In this document: piece by piece, positions 11,460-22,989 of the stretch
Layout: each line of letters begins with the position of its first letter
Position numbering within the stretch: position 1 is the stretch's first letter
Source of the DNA: Psammoneis japonica
Taxonomy: Eukaryota
Direction: 5' to 3'
Assembly: GCA_008632985.1 (NCBI GenBank)
Contig: QPGO01000142.1
Span: 62,001-126,000 of the forward strand
Length of the DNA: 64,000 bases
The notes under the pieces: model-generated
Databases searched by the model: none
What the model was told of the DNA's origin: nothing
What the model saw: only the letters and a program-made list of their open reading frames with translations
Made by a program: the position numbers and the translations under genes

Positions 11460-14400
11460 CTAAGTATCGTCTCCTTCGTCATCTATTTCATCATAGAGCA
11501 CGTCGGACACTGCATCAATAATGGATTGTGTAGTTTCGGGTAGTGGTCTGCGCGGGTGCATCACCTTTCTGTCCAGAGCTGCGTTGATTTCGTGGCGAGC
11601 ACATGCGAGAAGATCAATTGTGTCTTGACACTGACCTTCCACAACAATCCAATCATCTAGGACATGTTGCGCATCTTGTTCTGATTCGGGATCGTCCACA
11701 AACCAATCATCCTCTCCTTGTTTGCTTGACTTGTATTCTGGCGCGTCAAGAGAGTACCCACCAAATAGCAATATCTGTTCAGGTTGCAATGCTGTACAGC
11801 CGCGAAGAAATACTTGTGACGACAATACCTTTTCGTGGTATACAAACCAACGAGGAAGATTCACTCGCTTGGGCTTACTTGGAGGCTTTCGGTGAAAGGC
11901 TACAGATGACGGGTGTAAGCCCGCGTGTTCCTCTGTGCGAGTACGAAGTGTCCCAAAGTGTCCTAGTTTGCGGCGTGCGGCAATGTTCTCAGGAAGGCCA
12001 GCCGCCCAAACAGCGCTGAACAATCCTTCTACGTGACCATTTTGGTTGACCAGAGCGTCTTCTTGGAGTTCTGTTGACCGTGTTCGGGCCCTGACTAGAT
12101 CATGCTTTGGTACCATTCCTATTCGATTCAACTCGTTGAGTAGCTGGGAACGCGTGGAGCGAATTGATTGCATTGCTGACAAACTGATGAAGTTCTCCGA
12201 AGCCCATGGCCTGGCGTAATCCCAACCTTCATTTTCAATAATTTGCTGCAGCCTATTGTATGCTCTGACGGTTGCCATCAGATCCGAAGAATCGCAGAAC
12301 GACTGTCTTACTCGCCGTGATTCTTCCCGCATTCCGAGAGGAGAATAGAACGCATCTCGGCTTCCCAAACAAGCCGCCGCCGTAAGAATAGGATCCAGGC
12401 AATTCATTACACAACCCATAATCAACATCCGTGCAATAGCAGGATCCAGTGGAAGACGAGAGAGACAACGACCGACGGGAGTAAGTACTTCGCGACGATG
12501 TCGGCCATTGGCAGTAATCACCTCGCTTTCGTCAATGGCGCCAAGTTTCATCAGGCGGTCCATTGCAAACGAGACGGATTCCTCGGCAGGTGGGTCCATC
12601 GCGCGACGTAAGAAATTTGCCACACCGTCGCTTCTCATGGAGCAGGTCTGCAAACAGGTTGCTTCCAAGGCGGTTCGTTGGATCTCAGGCATTGGACGCT
12701 CCAACATTGCCTGCAAAGAACCACGAGAGTAAATGCGATAACACTTGCCAGGAGCCACACGCCCGGCACGGCCCAATCGCTGCGTTGCCGATGCTCTTGA
12801 TGTAGGTACCGTCTCCATCGTAGACATGGCACTCTGTGCGTCATAGCTCATTTCACGTACGAGACCGCTGTCGATGACTGCGAGTACGTCGTCGATTGTC
12901 ACTGAGCTCTCGGCAATATTTGTGGCGAGGATCACTTTCACGGTTCCATCATCTGCTTGTTCGAATACTCTATGTTGATCCTCTTTCGGGACGGAAGAAT
13001 GGAGAGGGAGAATTCTCATCTTGCCCCGTAAAGGAGGAGCAGCCTCCTCCAATATCTCTTTTGCCGCCTTGATCTCGTCCAATCCAGGGAGAAAGCAAAG
13101 GATGCTGCCCTTTCTGCCAGAAGCCGTCTCCTGTTGAGCGACATGTGCTGCTAGTTGCGCCACCATGTTGACCGTCGTATCACCAATCTCACGTTTGGGA
13201 GCAATTGGGTATCTGTTGGGTGAACGCCCGATTGAACCACTTCGCATCGACAATGCCCGTCTTAACACGTCTGCTCTTGTTCTCGGTTGTTCGTCATCAG
13301 ACTCTGAGCCAGAGCTATCGCTATCAGATTCACTGTCGCTACTGCTGAGTATTTCACCTTCATCTTCCGCGTTCAAGCGAGCCTCTAACCGTGCCGAAGC
13401 CTTTTCTTCTGCATCCGCTTCATCCAAATCAAGCTGTAGTTGCTGGTCGTGCGCCTCGAGAAGGGTCGTGGCGAGTCCTTGCAATTCTTCTGGGAAATTC
13501 GCATCACCCACAAAGGCCGATTCTCCAGCCATATCTTCGAGGTGGATTACCTCTACAGGGTACAACGTCGTCGCTGGGACGCTCATCACAGGCACCAGCC
13601 TCATCATTTCGTTCGCTCGTCCCTGTGAGAAATATCTTCCAAAAGATTCTGCATCCAGGGTGGCTGACATGAGTATCACACGCAACTCAGGTCGTTTCTC
13701 CAGAAGCTCCTTCAACAGCACAAGAAGGAAATCAGTGTCAATATCCCGCTCGTGAACCTCATCAATCACCACGTGCGACACACCCTCGAGAGTGGGATCA
13801 TTCATTAGTCGTCTCAACAACACGCCGGTTGTGACAAACTCAATACTACCGCCAGCTTCTCTTGGAGGCTGGCGATTGAAACGCACAGTGTATCCAACCG
13901 AGTTGCCTATTGTTTCGTCACGTTCGTCTGCGACGCGCTCAGCGACAGAGATGGCAGCGATACGACGCGGCTGGGTGACGACGATTTCAGTCTCTGTCCC
14001 TTTTCCATTCAAAATGGCGTCTTCGAGTATGTACTGGGGACACTGAGTCGACTTGCCACTTCCTGTACCACCTGATACGACTACGACCTGCTCCTTCTTT
14101 AATGCATCAAGGAGTTGCTGCTTTATAGCTTTGATTGACAATGCATCGCGTATCGACTTCATGCGTCCTTGCCTTCCTTCTGGATTTTCCAAAGCTTTCT
14201 GAGCTCGAACTTTTTCCTCCTTAATGAAAGCTGCATTGGCGGCATCCACAGACTTGGGGTGTCTTTTTCGGTTACGCCTTGACCTGTCGACTCGTTTCTG
14301 TCTTGATAAGCGAAACTTAGCTTCAAATTCGGCCTTTGCACTGGCATGTTGATTCATACGTTCTTGGCGCTCTGACGGAGAGCCTAAGCACTCTACTAGA

Positions 14401-15404
14401 ATATCTTTTGACTCCTCTGAAAGAGCCTGTACATGTAGAGCAGCTACATGGCTGCCAGGTGACTCTTGAATCAAAGATTCATACGCTTCCACAAGTCCCT
14501 TCCCAACAGCATCCTGTAAAGGCGTCCCAGCGGCAGCAATCATGGCGTTACCTTCTGCTTCTTTTCTACTGCCGCCCGAAACACTGGCGGTTATTGCCTT
14601 ACCATGGTAGAAAAATGTAACAGTCGAGTGCGACGTATTGAATCTTTTCGTTTCTGTTTCAAATCGGGGATGCGAAACATGGCAAAGTTCCAGTAGCATT
14701 TGTGCCTTGCGCAAGTCCTCCTTGTGCTGTTCCTTGGCCTCCTGCTTACGAATGGCTTGAACGTCGGGAGGATTTCTCGCATCGATACCGTATTCTTGCA
14801 ACTGGACAAGTAAATCCATGGCAGCCAGTATTTCTGCTCGAGCCTTTCTCCTTGCCGCACCTGTACTAATGAGTTCCACAATGTCATCGTCATTGCTACT
14901 AGACGTACGGTCCAGACTCGGTACTACGCCTTGCTGAAGCCATTTCTGTTCAATGTTGATTTTAATTTGTGCAAGAAACAATTGTTCGTGGTGTGGTCCT
15001 ATGGCTTGATGTGTCATGGTCTGTCGAAATCCTAGTTTTTCGCCTACCCGATGCGAAAGATGTTTGGCATTTCGTGCATCGATTCCAAGGTCTTGAATGG
15101 CATTGTCGTTTCTTGCACGTTCCTCGGTCATGATGAGACGTCCATTCTCGCCGTGCTTAGGCAGACGCGGACCTTTTTGCTTTTTCTCATTCTTCTTTCT
15201 TTCAGCTGCTCTCTGCCGATGTTGTTTGCTTTTAAATCGCTTTTTAGAGGAACGAAATTGTCCTTTGTTTTGCGCCTTGTTTGCCTGTGAACCAAAGAAC
15301 GATTGCCTGCATAATTGGGTGCCACAGACTCGTCCACCACTCCTCCACGCGGACAAATGCCGGGAGCCTAACAAAGTGACGCGTTGCTGTGTGAGTCTGA
15401 GCAT
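11460..15404 (-). CDS. DEAH/RHA RNA helicase, DHX30/DHX36-like, with N-terminal dsRBD-like regions; probably organelle-targeted
   Basis: GGTGSGKST, TQPRRIAA, DEVHER, MSAT, ATNIAESSVTI, QRLGRAGRV, HA2/OB region; first ATG 15404; basic N-terminal presequence. Confidence 0.93.
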   Translation of the reverse strand: MLRLTQQRVTLLGSRHLSAWRSGGRVCGTQLCRQSFFGSQANKAQNKGQFRSSKKRFKSKQHRQRAAERKKNEKKQKGPRLPKHGENGRLIMTEERARNDNAIQDLGIDARNAKHLSHRVGEKLGFRQTMTHQAIGPHHEQLFLAQIKINIEQKWLQQGVVPSLDRTSSSNDDDIVELISTGAARRKARAEILAAMDLLVQLQEYGIDARNPPDVQAIRKQEAKEQHKEDLRKAQMLLELCHVSHPRFETETKRFNTSHSTVTFFYHGKAITASVSGGSRKEAEGNAMIAAAGTPLQDAVGKGLVEAYESLIQESPGSHVAALHVQALSEESKDILVECLGSPSERQERMNQHASAKAEFEAKFRLSRQKRVDRSRRNRKRHPKSVDAANAAFIKEEKVRAQKALENPEGRQGRMKSIRDALSIKAIKQQLLDALKKEQVVVVSGGTGSGKSTQCPQYILEDAILNGKGTETEIVVTQPRRIAAISVAERVADERDETIGNSVGYTVRFNRQPPREAGGSIEFVTTGVLLRRLMNDPTLEGVSHVVIDEVHERDIDTDFLLVLLKELLEKRPELRVILMSATLDAESFGRYFSQGRANEMMRLVPVMSVPATTLYPVEVIHLEDMAGESAFVGDANFPEELQGLATTLLEAHDQQLQLDLDEADAEEKASARLEARLNAEDEGEILSSSDSESDSDSSGSESDDEQPRTRADVLRRALSMRSGSIGRSPNRYPIAPKREIGDTTVNMVAQLAAHVAQQETASGRKGSILCFLPGLDEIKAAKEILEEAAPPLRGKMRILPLHSSVPKEDQHRVFEQADDGTVKVILATNIAESSVTIDDVLAVIDSGLVREMSYDAQSAMSTMETVPTSRASATQRLGRAGRVAPGKCYRIYSRGSLQAMLERPMPEIQRTALEATCLQTCSMRSDGVANFLRRAMDPPAEESVSFAMDRLMKLGAIDESEVITANGRHRREVLTPVGRCLSRLPLDPAIARMLIMGCVMNCLDPILTAAACLGSRDAFYSPLGMREESRRVRQSFCDSSDLMATVRAYNRLQQIIENEGWDYARPWASENFISLSAMQSIRSTRSQLLNELNRIGMVPKHDLVRARTRSTELQEDALVNQNGHVEGLFSAVWAAGLPENIAARRKLGHFGTLRTRTEEHAGLHPSSVAFHRKPPSKPKRVNLPRWFVYHEKVLSSQVFLRGCTALQPEQILLFGGYSLDAPEYKSSKQGEDDWFVDDPESEQDAQHVLDDWIVVEGQCQDTIDLLACARHEINAALDRKVMHPRRPLPETTQSIIDAVSDVLYDEIDDEGDDT

Positions 15405-15679
15405 GAGGAGAGTGTTGTGGGCCACAGCGGAGTTTGTGTTACCCTCATCATCATCGTGTGATGTGTTACTGAGGTTGAAGGTGTGCGGTGGTCGCGTCGG
15501 TGGTCCCGCCTCGGCTCGCTGGCGCCCTCTTCTTCCGTACCACTTACAGACCTCCCAGTTGGGAGTGGCGCGGCTGGCGCCGCTCCGCCCGCGGCATTTT
15601 TTGCCTCGCGCGTTGTCGCACGTTTCATTGGAACATAACCTAAAACATGAGTCCTAGGAATCGAATGTGACGTGGCTAC

Positions 15680-16690
15680 TTCAATTTGCTGACGTGTGCA
15701 ATGAGCAGCGGCAGAAATGTGAAGCTCATTTTGGTTCACACCAGTGCATGGTGCAGGACCATGATTTGCTCATGAGATCTCATTGGCACTGCCATGACCG
15801 GACACTTTAGCTCATTCTTGCTGTGGTGCACAATTTTTGTTTTGGTGCCCACATGGGCCCGGGGGCCTCTCTCAATTGTTGGCTGCCGGGCCGGGTGCCG
15901 CACACTTGCTTTGGAGCAGCCACAGTTGTTGGCGGCACTGTGGCTGTGTGCAATTTGCAGACACCCTGATTCAGTGGGAGTTGATGATTGGTGTTGTGCA
16001 AATGTTTCAAACATCATTTTGATTTTGAGTGTGTTGTTCAGAGTCAACCAGCTCTTTCCAATGTGTGTGCTCCCCCCCCCACACACACACACACACACAC
16101 ACAAAAGAAACAGCTTTTGCCGTGATGTTTTCTCTTTTTTGCAAGAGGCGCATGCTCTCTTTGCAGATCTCAAAAATGTCCTGCAGCAGCCCATGTGAGA
16201 CAGTGGTGCCAGGAGCAGAGGCGCACCCTTTTTCTTCCACAGCTGTCTGCGCACTTGTGTTTTTTTCGTTTTCTTGAGCATGCCCGGGTTCTCTGGATCT
16301 GCAAACTTGTGGTGGCAGCCAGTGGGCTGTGATTGATGAATCCAGAATCCACCACAGCATGCCAAGCAATTGCTTGTGGCATTTTTGTTTGCAATGGTTG
16401 GTGCAGTGCAGCCCTCCTCCTGAGAACTGAGAATTGAGCATGATTTTGTGAGGTGTGCTCAGTGATGCCGCCGCAGAGAGCACTGGGTTGTGAGGGGGGG
16501 GGGGGGGGGCAGGTTGAAAGCAGCACCAAGTGTTCAGGGTGTGAACAGGATTGCAGAAGAGATGATGTAAAAAGGGAAGGCATCCAAATGAGCACTGGCA
16601 CTGGAAAACTCCCCAGCAAAACCATCAATCATGCTGGGATTCTGGCATGGTTTGACACACAAAATTTTTGAACAAAGAATTGCCCTGCAC
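15680..16690. other. Degenerate CpG/TpA-depleted island containing poly-C+(CA)n (~16072-16102) and poly-G (~16494-16509)
   Basis: TA almost absent, TG/CA excess, simple repeats read directly. Confidence 0.75.
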
Positions 16691-16821
16691 AGTACATCTA
16701 GCTAATTTTTCTATGACACCTCAGCTACGACATCATTACACCTTTCCTGTCGGATAAAGTGCTCATACAGGCTAAAGCAGTCTAGACAGTGTACGGTCGA
16801 GCACAGCGTGTCTATTTTCGT

Positions 16822-17676
16822 TTATAGCATCTGCTTGATGATCTCATCCATTTGCTCACCCTTATCGCCATAGTCGTTTCGACCTTGCTTCTCGTTCAAT
16901 TGCTTGGTTTGAAATTTTGATTTAGGCGCCGACAATTGAAACGGCCACAAGAAGGTGTTGGCCTCGGCAAAGTTATCACCGACAGTCGTCAATTCATGCA
17001 CCAAATCTTCTACACAAATAATTCCTGTCGATTCTCCCAAGGCCTCTTCAATGATTGTATTGTTGGAGAGTGGGACGCGTTCTCCCTTGATTTTTCCGTG
17101 TCCTCGCCGATGAATCAAATCCTGCACTACGGCAGGAGACGCAATTCCGTAAATCACCCACGGCTCCACGAGATGAAGCAATTTCTTCATGGACGCATTG
17201 TACCGACAAAACACACCCTCGTGAATCTTATTGAGTCGAATTCGACAAAGTGCTGCCCTGACGTTTTTAGGACAACCAACTTGATCACGAATACGAACGC
17301 AAAACACCATGGGTGCTCCCACCGAATTCGCTTGGTACGTGATAGTCTTGGGTCGTTGCTTCTTGTCATCATCGTCCTCGTTTTGCACTTGCTTGCTTAC
17401 CATGATTTTCTTGTTGGACGCACGTTTCTGCATTCCCTTTTTCAAGACACGCTTGTATCGAATGTCATTGTTTCGACGAGCACGAGCATTCGCGATAAAC
17501 GTTTCCGCCTTGTTGACCTTGATCGCCTTGGTTGTAGAGTATTTTCTGCGTTTGCCACGAGGCAGTTGTGCGTCGCGTTTCGCCTTGAGCTCATCCAAAT
17601 CATGCTTGCGCTTCAAGACCGATTCAGGGACCAACTGTCCATTGTTGTTGTTGCTAGTCTGATTAGATTCGGGCAT
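16822..17676 (-). CDS. RLP7: uL30/RPL7-family ribosome biogenesis protein (RLP7-like)
   Basis: VPESVLKRK, LHLVEPWVIYG, RGHGKIKGERVPLSNNTIIEEALG, IICVEDLVHEL, NTFLWPFQL; divergence from canonical L7 favours RLP7; ATG 17676. Confidence 0.8.
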   Translation of the reverse strand: MPESNQTSNNNNGQLVPESVLKRKHDLDELKAKRDAQLPRGKRRKYSTTKAIKVNKAETFIANARARRNNDIRYKRVLKKGMQKRASNKKIMVSKQVQNEDDDDKKQRPKTITYQANSVGAPMVFCVRIRDQVGCPKNVRAALCRIRLNKIHEGVFCRYNASMKKLLHLVEPWVIYGIASPAVVQDLIHRRGHGKIKGERVPLSNNTIIEEALGESTGIICVEDLVHELTTVGDNFAEANTFLWPFQLSAPKSKFQTKQLNEKQGRNDYGDKGEQMDEIIKQML

Positions 17677-18099
17677 GTTGTTGCAGATGATGGATGACGC
17701 GTGACAAACTAGAGTGGGGTGTGTTATTCTGTCGCATACTCTAGAGTAGACTGTTGCAAGGGATTGGCCCTGCTCTCGTCGCGGTGATTTTCGTGAAGTT
17801 TTTTTCTTTTTTTTGTGTGGTTGCGAGCGAGTGAATGAACGAATGAATTCCAACGGTCTGTCTGTACCGTAAGAGTCAGTGAGGGCGGGCGGGCGGGCGG
17901 GATCGTGTCAGGTGATGGTCTGTCAGGCGTCGTGTCGTGGCATGTGCTGGGATGGCTCTCTCTCAGTTCTCTGTGAAACTCGGCTTCGGTCATAATTCAA
18001 ATCTTGCACCGCAATTGTGATGACATGTTGGAACATCCTAAGAGACCCAGAAGTGTGCCCATTGAAGTGAGGATGCCTCAGATCTTGATGCAGTGCATT

Positions 18100-19910
18100 T
18101 GGCGACACACGAACATGTGCCCACAAAAGGAAGAATTTCCGACACTTGCAGTCTCCACACACTGTCATGCAATGAAGAAACCTTGGCTGCAACAAACATT
18201 TTCAGCTCAAGTTTAGGGAACTCATCATTTCCCACAGAGAATGACAAGGTGGAAGCGTGTGTCTGCGACCGCGTTTCGACTCACCCAAGGGTGGTCACGC
18301 TGCACTGTGAACCTGGCTGCACACAGGGAAGACATTGAACCCCCACAAGACAGGGCATCAAGGACTGCAAGTTTGCAGGAAAGCATGAGAGAACAATCTG
18401 TGCAATGATGCTGACTGGACTGCAGGAGTGGATGACAATGAAATCAAAAGCAACAGCAATGGTGCAGCAATGATGACAGTGCAGCAAGTGAAAACAATGG
18501 TGTGTGCTGTGCAACCAAGAATCAGAACAAGAAGACTCTGTGAAGACAAGCCCGACTCAGACCATGAGCATGAGGAGGCCAACGAGATGCCAGCCAACAA
18601 AAGATTCAGCCCCAATTGACAGCATGAAGCTCAAGAGGAGCAAGAGGTCTAAGAGGACCCAGAAGACAACAGTCGCTGTGAGAGTGAAGAGTCTGAAATG
18701 GATGAAGAGAACCAGCAAGACCCAACAAGATGGGAGGGCAAATGAATGGAGCAAGAAGCAAATGCTCTGGAAGGAAGGGCAAAAAGAACTGGAAGATCCT
18801 TCAACATGATGTCACAGAGACACACAGAGAAGAAAATTTGCTTTGCAGGAGTGGCAGATGCTAGAAGGATGGCAAAGGAGCAATGCAAGCTTGAGAGCTG
18901 CCACCATTTGCAAGCCAATGTGAGTCCCAATCCAAAGCACAACCTGGAATGTGAAGCAGAAACAGCAATGGTGTTCACACACTTCATGTGTGAGATCAAT
19001 GACTGTTTCCACAGTGGAGAGAGTGCAAGTTTTGCCCAACAACATTTGCTCCATGAAGGCATCTGGCTAGAAGGGGCACGATGAACCACAAAAGGAAATC
19101 AAACAGTTGCACAACCAAGTGTGCTTTGCACCAATGTCAGTCAAGGACATGACTCCAACTGAAAGGACCAAGGCCAAGGCAGCCTTGATGTTCCCAACCA
19201 AGAAACAAGATGGTTGCATGAAGGGGCACATGGTCTGTGTTGGTGAACTGAACCAAGAATGGCTGGACAAGGATGAGTCTGCCAGCCCTGCTGCACCCCC
19301 AGAAGCTCAAGGGATGCTCATGGTGGCAGTTGTTGATGCCCATGAAGGATGCAACAACATGAGTGCCAACATTCCCAATGCATTGGTGTGGACCATGACA
19401 CCAGAGTCTGGAGAAGGCAAGAGGACCAGATTGTGATTCAGATTGTAGAAGTGCTGGTGAACATGCTTGTGATCATCAATCCCAACCTGTGTGTGGACCT
19501 CATGTGGTCCCAGAGAAAGGCAAAAGAGTCCTTTACATCCAAGTCATCCAAGCCATCAGTGGAGTGCCAATCATGGCTCTGCTGTGGCACAACAAGTTTT
19601 GAAAAGATTTGGAGAAGACAGGGTTTAAGTTCAACCCTTGTGATCCATGCATTGCAAATCATGTGGTGTCAACAGCAAGCAGCAGTGCACAATTTGATTT
19701 CACATGGACAACCTGTTGTCAAGCCACAAGAACCTAAAAGCAAACAACAAGTTCCTGGGCTGGCCAAACAAGATGTGTGGCAGCCATGGCAAGGTTGTTG
19801 CTGTCAAGGGAAGAGACATGACCATCTTGACATGACCCTCCCAGACTTCAGCCAAAAGGGCAAAGTGAAAGATGACATGGTGGACTGCATTTGCAAGATG
19901 ATTGAGCCAT
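18100..19910 (+). mobile_element. Decayed Ty1/Copia (diatom CoDi-type) pol fragment: post-integrase region and reverse transcriptase
   Basis: KQLHNQVCFAPMSVKDMTPTERTKAKAALMF, DGCMKGHMVC, ESASP, VDAHEG..MSANIPNA, LLWHNKF, GFKFNPCDPC, FHMDNLLSSH, RHDHLDM, KGKVK; multiple frameshifts; no LTR seen. Confidence 0.85.
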
Positions 19911-22900
19911 TGTGGGCTGTTAACTTCAAGCATGACAGGTGTGAGACCTGTTCTTTAGACAAGAGTTCTGATGCATGTGGGTGAAAGATCCCTGATGATT
20001 CAACGTTCAGTGCAAACATGAGGCAAGGAGAGCCTCAAAACCTGCACACCTTTGTCACATCAAAGAAAAACAATGTTGAAGGAGAGACACATGATCATTT
20101 GTGAGAAGAGTTTGTAGATGGACCTGACTTTGTGCCATTTGTGGCAATCAAAGACAAATGGCTTGTTGACTCTTGGTCATGGTTTCTTGGCTCATGGGAT
20201 CTGTCTGGACTGCCAATGACCAAGACACAGGACAACCCAAGCAAATGTGCCCAAGATGCCTCTGAGCAGCAGCATTGAGTTTCAAGCTTGAGAGATGAAC
20301 TCATGGATTGGCTGTCAACTGGCAGGGCAAATGTTGCCATTGACCCATTCATGAAACAGCATGTGGCCAACTTGCATTGGCTGATGATTGACACAGACAA
20401 AAGGAATGATGAGATGAGACTGATGGAATGCACAGAAATTGAGAACAAGCTGAGGGCATGGGTGGAACTGTGGAGGCAAAACCATTGTGCCATGAGAGAA
20501 TTGCATGACAGCAGCACAGTGAGACATTGGTGGACACGCGCTGGTCAGCCAAGGCATGTGACTGCTGTTGCACCAATGTTCTCCATGCACAATGGCAACA
20601 ATGTCAAGATGCACAGAATGAATGTGCACAAGACCAGAGAGTGCTGGCGGATGTTTTGCATTGATGCCAAGCTGGAGGGCAAGACATGTTGCTGACACTG
20701 CAGACTGAACAACAGATTTGAGAGGAGCACACCAGACTGACATGTTGCCAGATCCTGGAATGTGAATCTCCAACTCACATTGGACAAGCAAGATGTTCTT
20801 GCAAGTTGTGTTTGGAATGGTGAAATTGTGAACTGTCATCATCCCTGTGATGGTGGCAATGATGAGGATGATGTGACTCCTGCCAAAGCTGTGCACTTCT
20901 CTTTCTTCTGTCAAAGGATGGCACAAGTCCAATCCACTTCACCATGAAGTGCAAAGTTTGTTTCATTGTTCATTGAGAAAATCCTGCTGAGGAACAATCA
21001 ACTTTTCTGTGTCCTCTTGCCAGCTGGCAACCTTGCTTGCTGGTCAATGTGACATTGCCCATCTTGCACACGTTGTCCCCCTTTTGGCTCTGTTGCAGCA
21101 ACAGAGCAACTTGGGCTGCTTTGGGTGATGGGACAAAGATCAAGTTCTGGACCAACTCATCTGTGCCACCAAGCTTGACCATTGCCCAAAAAGTTTTAGA
21201 AAGCTCCCACACTTGGGTTCTGCTGCTCAACAGCGGGGCTGGCATTTCAAGCCTGCATCTCAGGCAAAAAACAACACATCAAATTGTCGTTGAAGAGGTT
21301 GACAGCAAAAGAATCACTCTTCAGACAGGTTGCTGTGGCAGCAGTCTGAGGCTGAGCACAGTGGATGCACCAGACTTCAACATCAGCAGCATGAGCCAGG
21401 AAACAGCAGATGAGCCACTCTCTTCTTTTCTCAGCACAAAAGGACAAAGCGGCACCCACTGACATCCAAGATCTTGTCATCACAGCACAACAAAGCAAGA
21501 AAGTCATAAAATTTGGCTTGCAGAACTGGCGGACATCAAAATCCTTGTCATTGAGGTCACGCAAACAATGCAATGCCAGCTTTCTGGACACTGTTTACCA
21601 CCACATGATTGTGCCTGTGAAAGATGTTGACAGGTGCCAACCAAGTGAAGCACATGTTGACAGCTGCACAGATTTTGGTGGGGAACCAAACATGAGAAGA
21701 TGTGAGAGTGCCCAGCACATCAGACAATGTCAGGGAGATCCTGGCTTTGACCAGCTTTGCTTGTTTGGAATCTCTTTTGTCATGTGCAGCTTTCTCAAGC
21801 TCTTCACACATGATGGCAAAGGGGATCATCCCTTTGCCAAAGGTCAGACAGTCCTTCTCAATGGCGGCATTTGTCATTGCCATTGTCATTGCCACCATTG
21901 TTGCTTTCTTGTTGTTGTTCATTGCCGCCATCAACATGATCATCAATGACATCAATGCTGTCTCTTGCTCTTGTTGCTGCTGTTGCTGTTGTTCTGCAAA
22001 CACACATTCTGGTCATCATGTTTTGCCCAGACCAAGTTGGCCAAGGCAGCAAAAGCATTTGGTGGCCATTTCATGTGAGGAGATTGTTGATGGCAAAAAA
22101 GCAAAAGGTTGTTCAAGAGAGAGAGAGAGAGAGAGAAAGAGAGAGGTTGGCCACAAAAGAATGGACAGTGAGAGAGATGCAGCACGCGGTGAACCAACTT
22201 GAAAAAATCATTCGTTCGAGTCAACTTGCCTGGCCTCCTCCACCACTTGGATCTTTTTAACACGACAACCTCAACCACGTAAACAGCAACAGCTGGCTGC
22301 TGATGAAGCCACCATGAAAGTCTCGCTCCTGACTTCGGCCAATGTTGTTGTGCCTGCCATTTGTCGAGTGGTTGGACAAACATCCGCACTGGTGGCTCCC
22401 ACCTAGCCACAAAAGAATGGACAGTGAATGCAACACAATCCAATGTCCATCACCCCACACATCACAGGAGCAAGTGGGGTGAGACAGATGGTGTGATGTT
22501 TTGCAGCTTGGAAGTGTGTGCAAAATCATTTTTCTCATCCACCACCAGCCTGTGTGATGCATGGCTGCAGTTCAATCTGTGTGAGCACCATTGCAGGCCA
22601 GAAGAAGCTGTTCTTTACAAGCAAGGATCACACTCATGTGGTTTCAAGCTGCTTGAGACAGTGCTCACAGTTCATGACTGTGCCATGGAAACTCAATGAG
22701 AGTGTCTGGTGCACTCAAGTGCTTTGATGCATGCTGCACCCATCAACAGGCACATGCAATGATCAATTTGAGCTGACAAATGGATGGTTTGGTCTTCACC
22801 ATGTGAGGCACATTCATGGATGATTGCAGTGATGTTCCCTTTTTAGGTGGGGACTGTTGAAGCTGGGCATTTTGGCCACTCTGCTGCATCAGTCTGCAAG

Positions 22901-22989
22901 GCCAATCTTCACTGAAACACTGTGATCCCTCTGTTTCTCAGTTGCAGTGCTGCCAATGCATGAAACAGTGAACCTTGTCTTTGACTTTT

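Noticed and set aside
16072..16102. Poly-C/(CA)n as telomeric or element-terminal repeat (also ~35717-35736)
   Set aside because: No shared flanking sequence found; treated as simple repeats.
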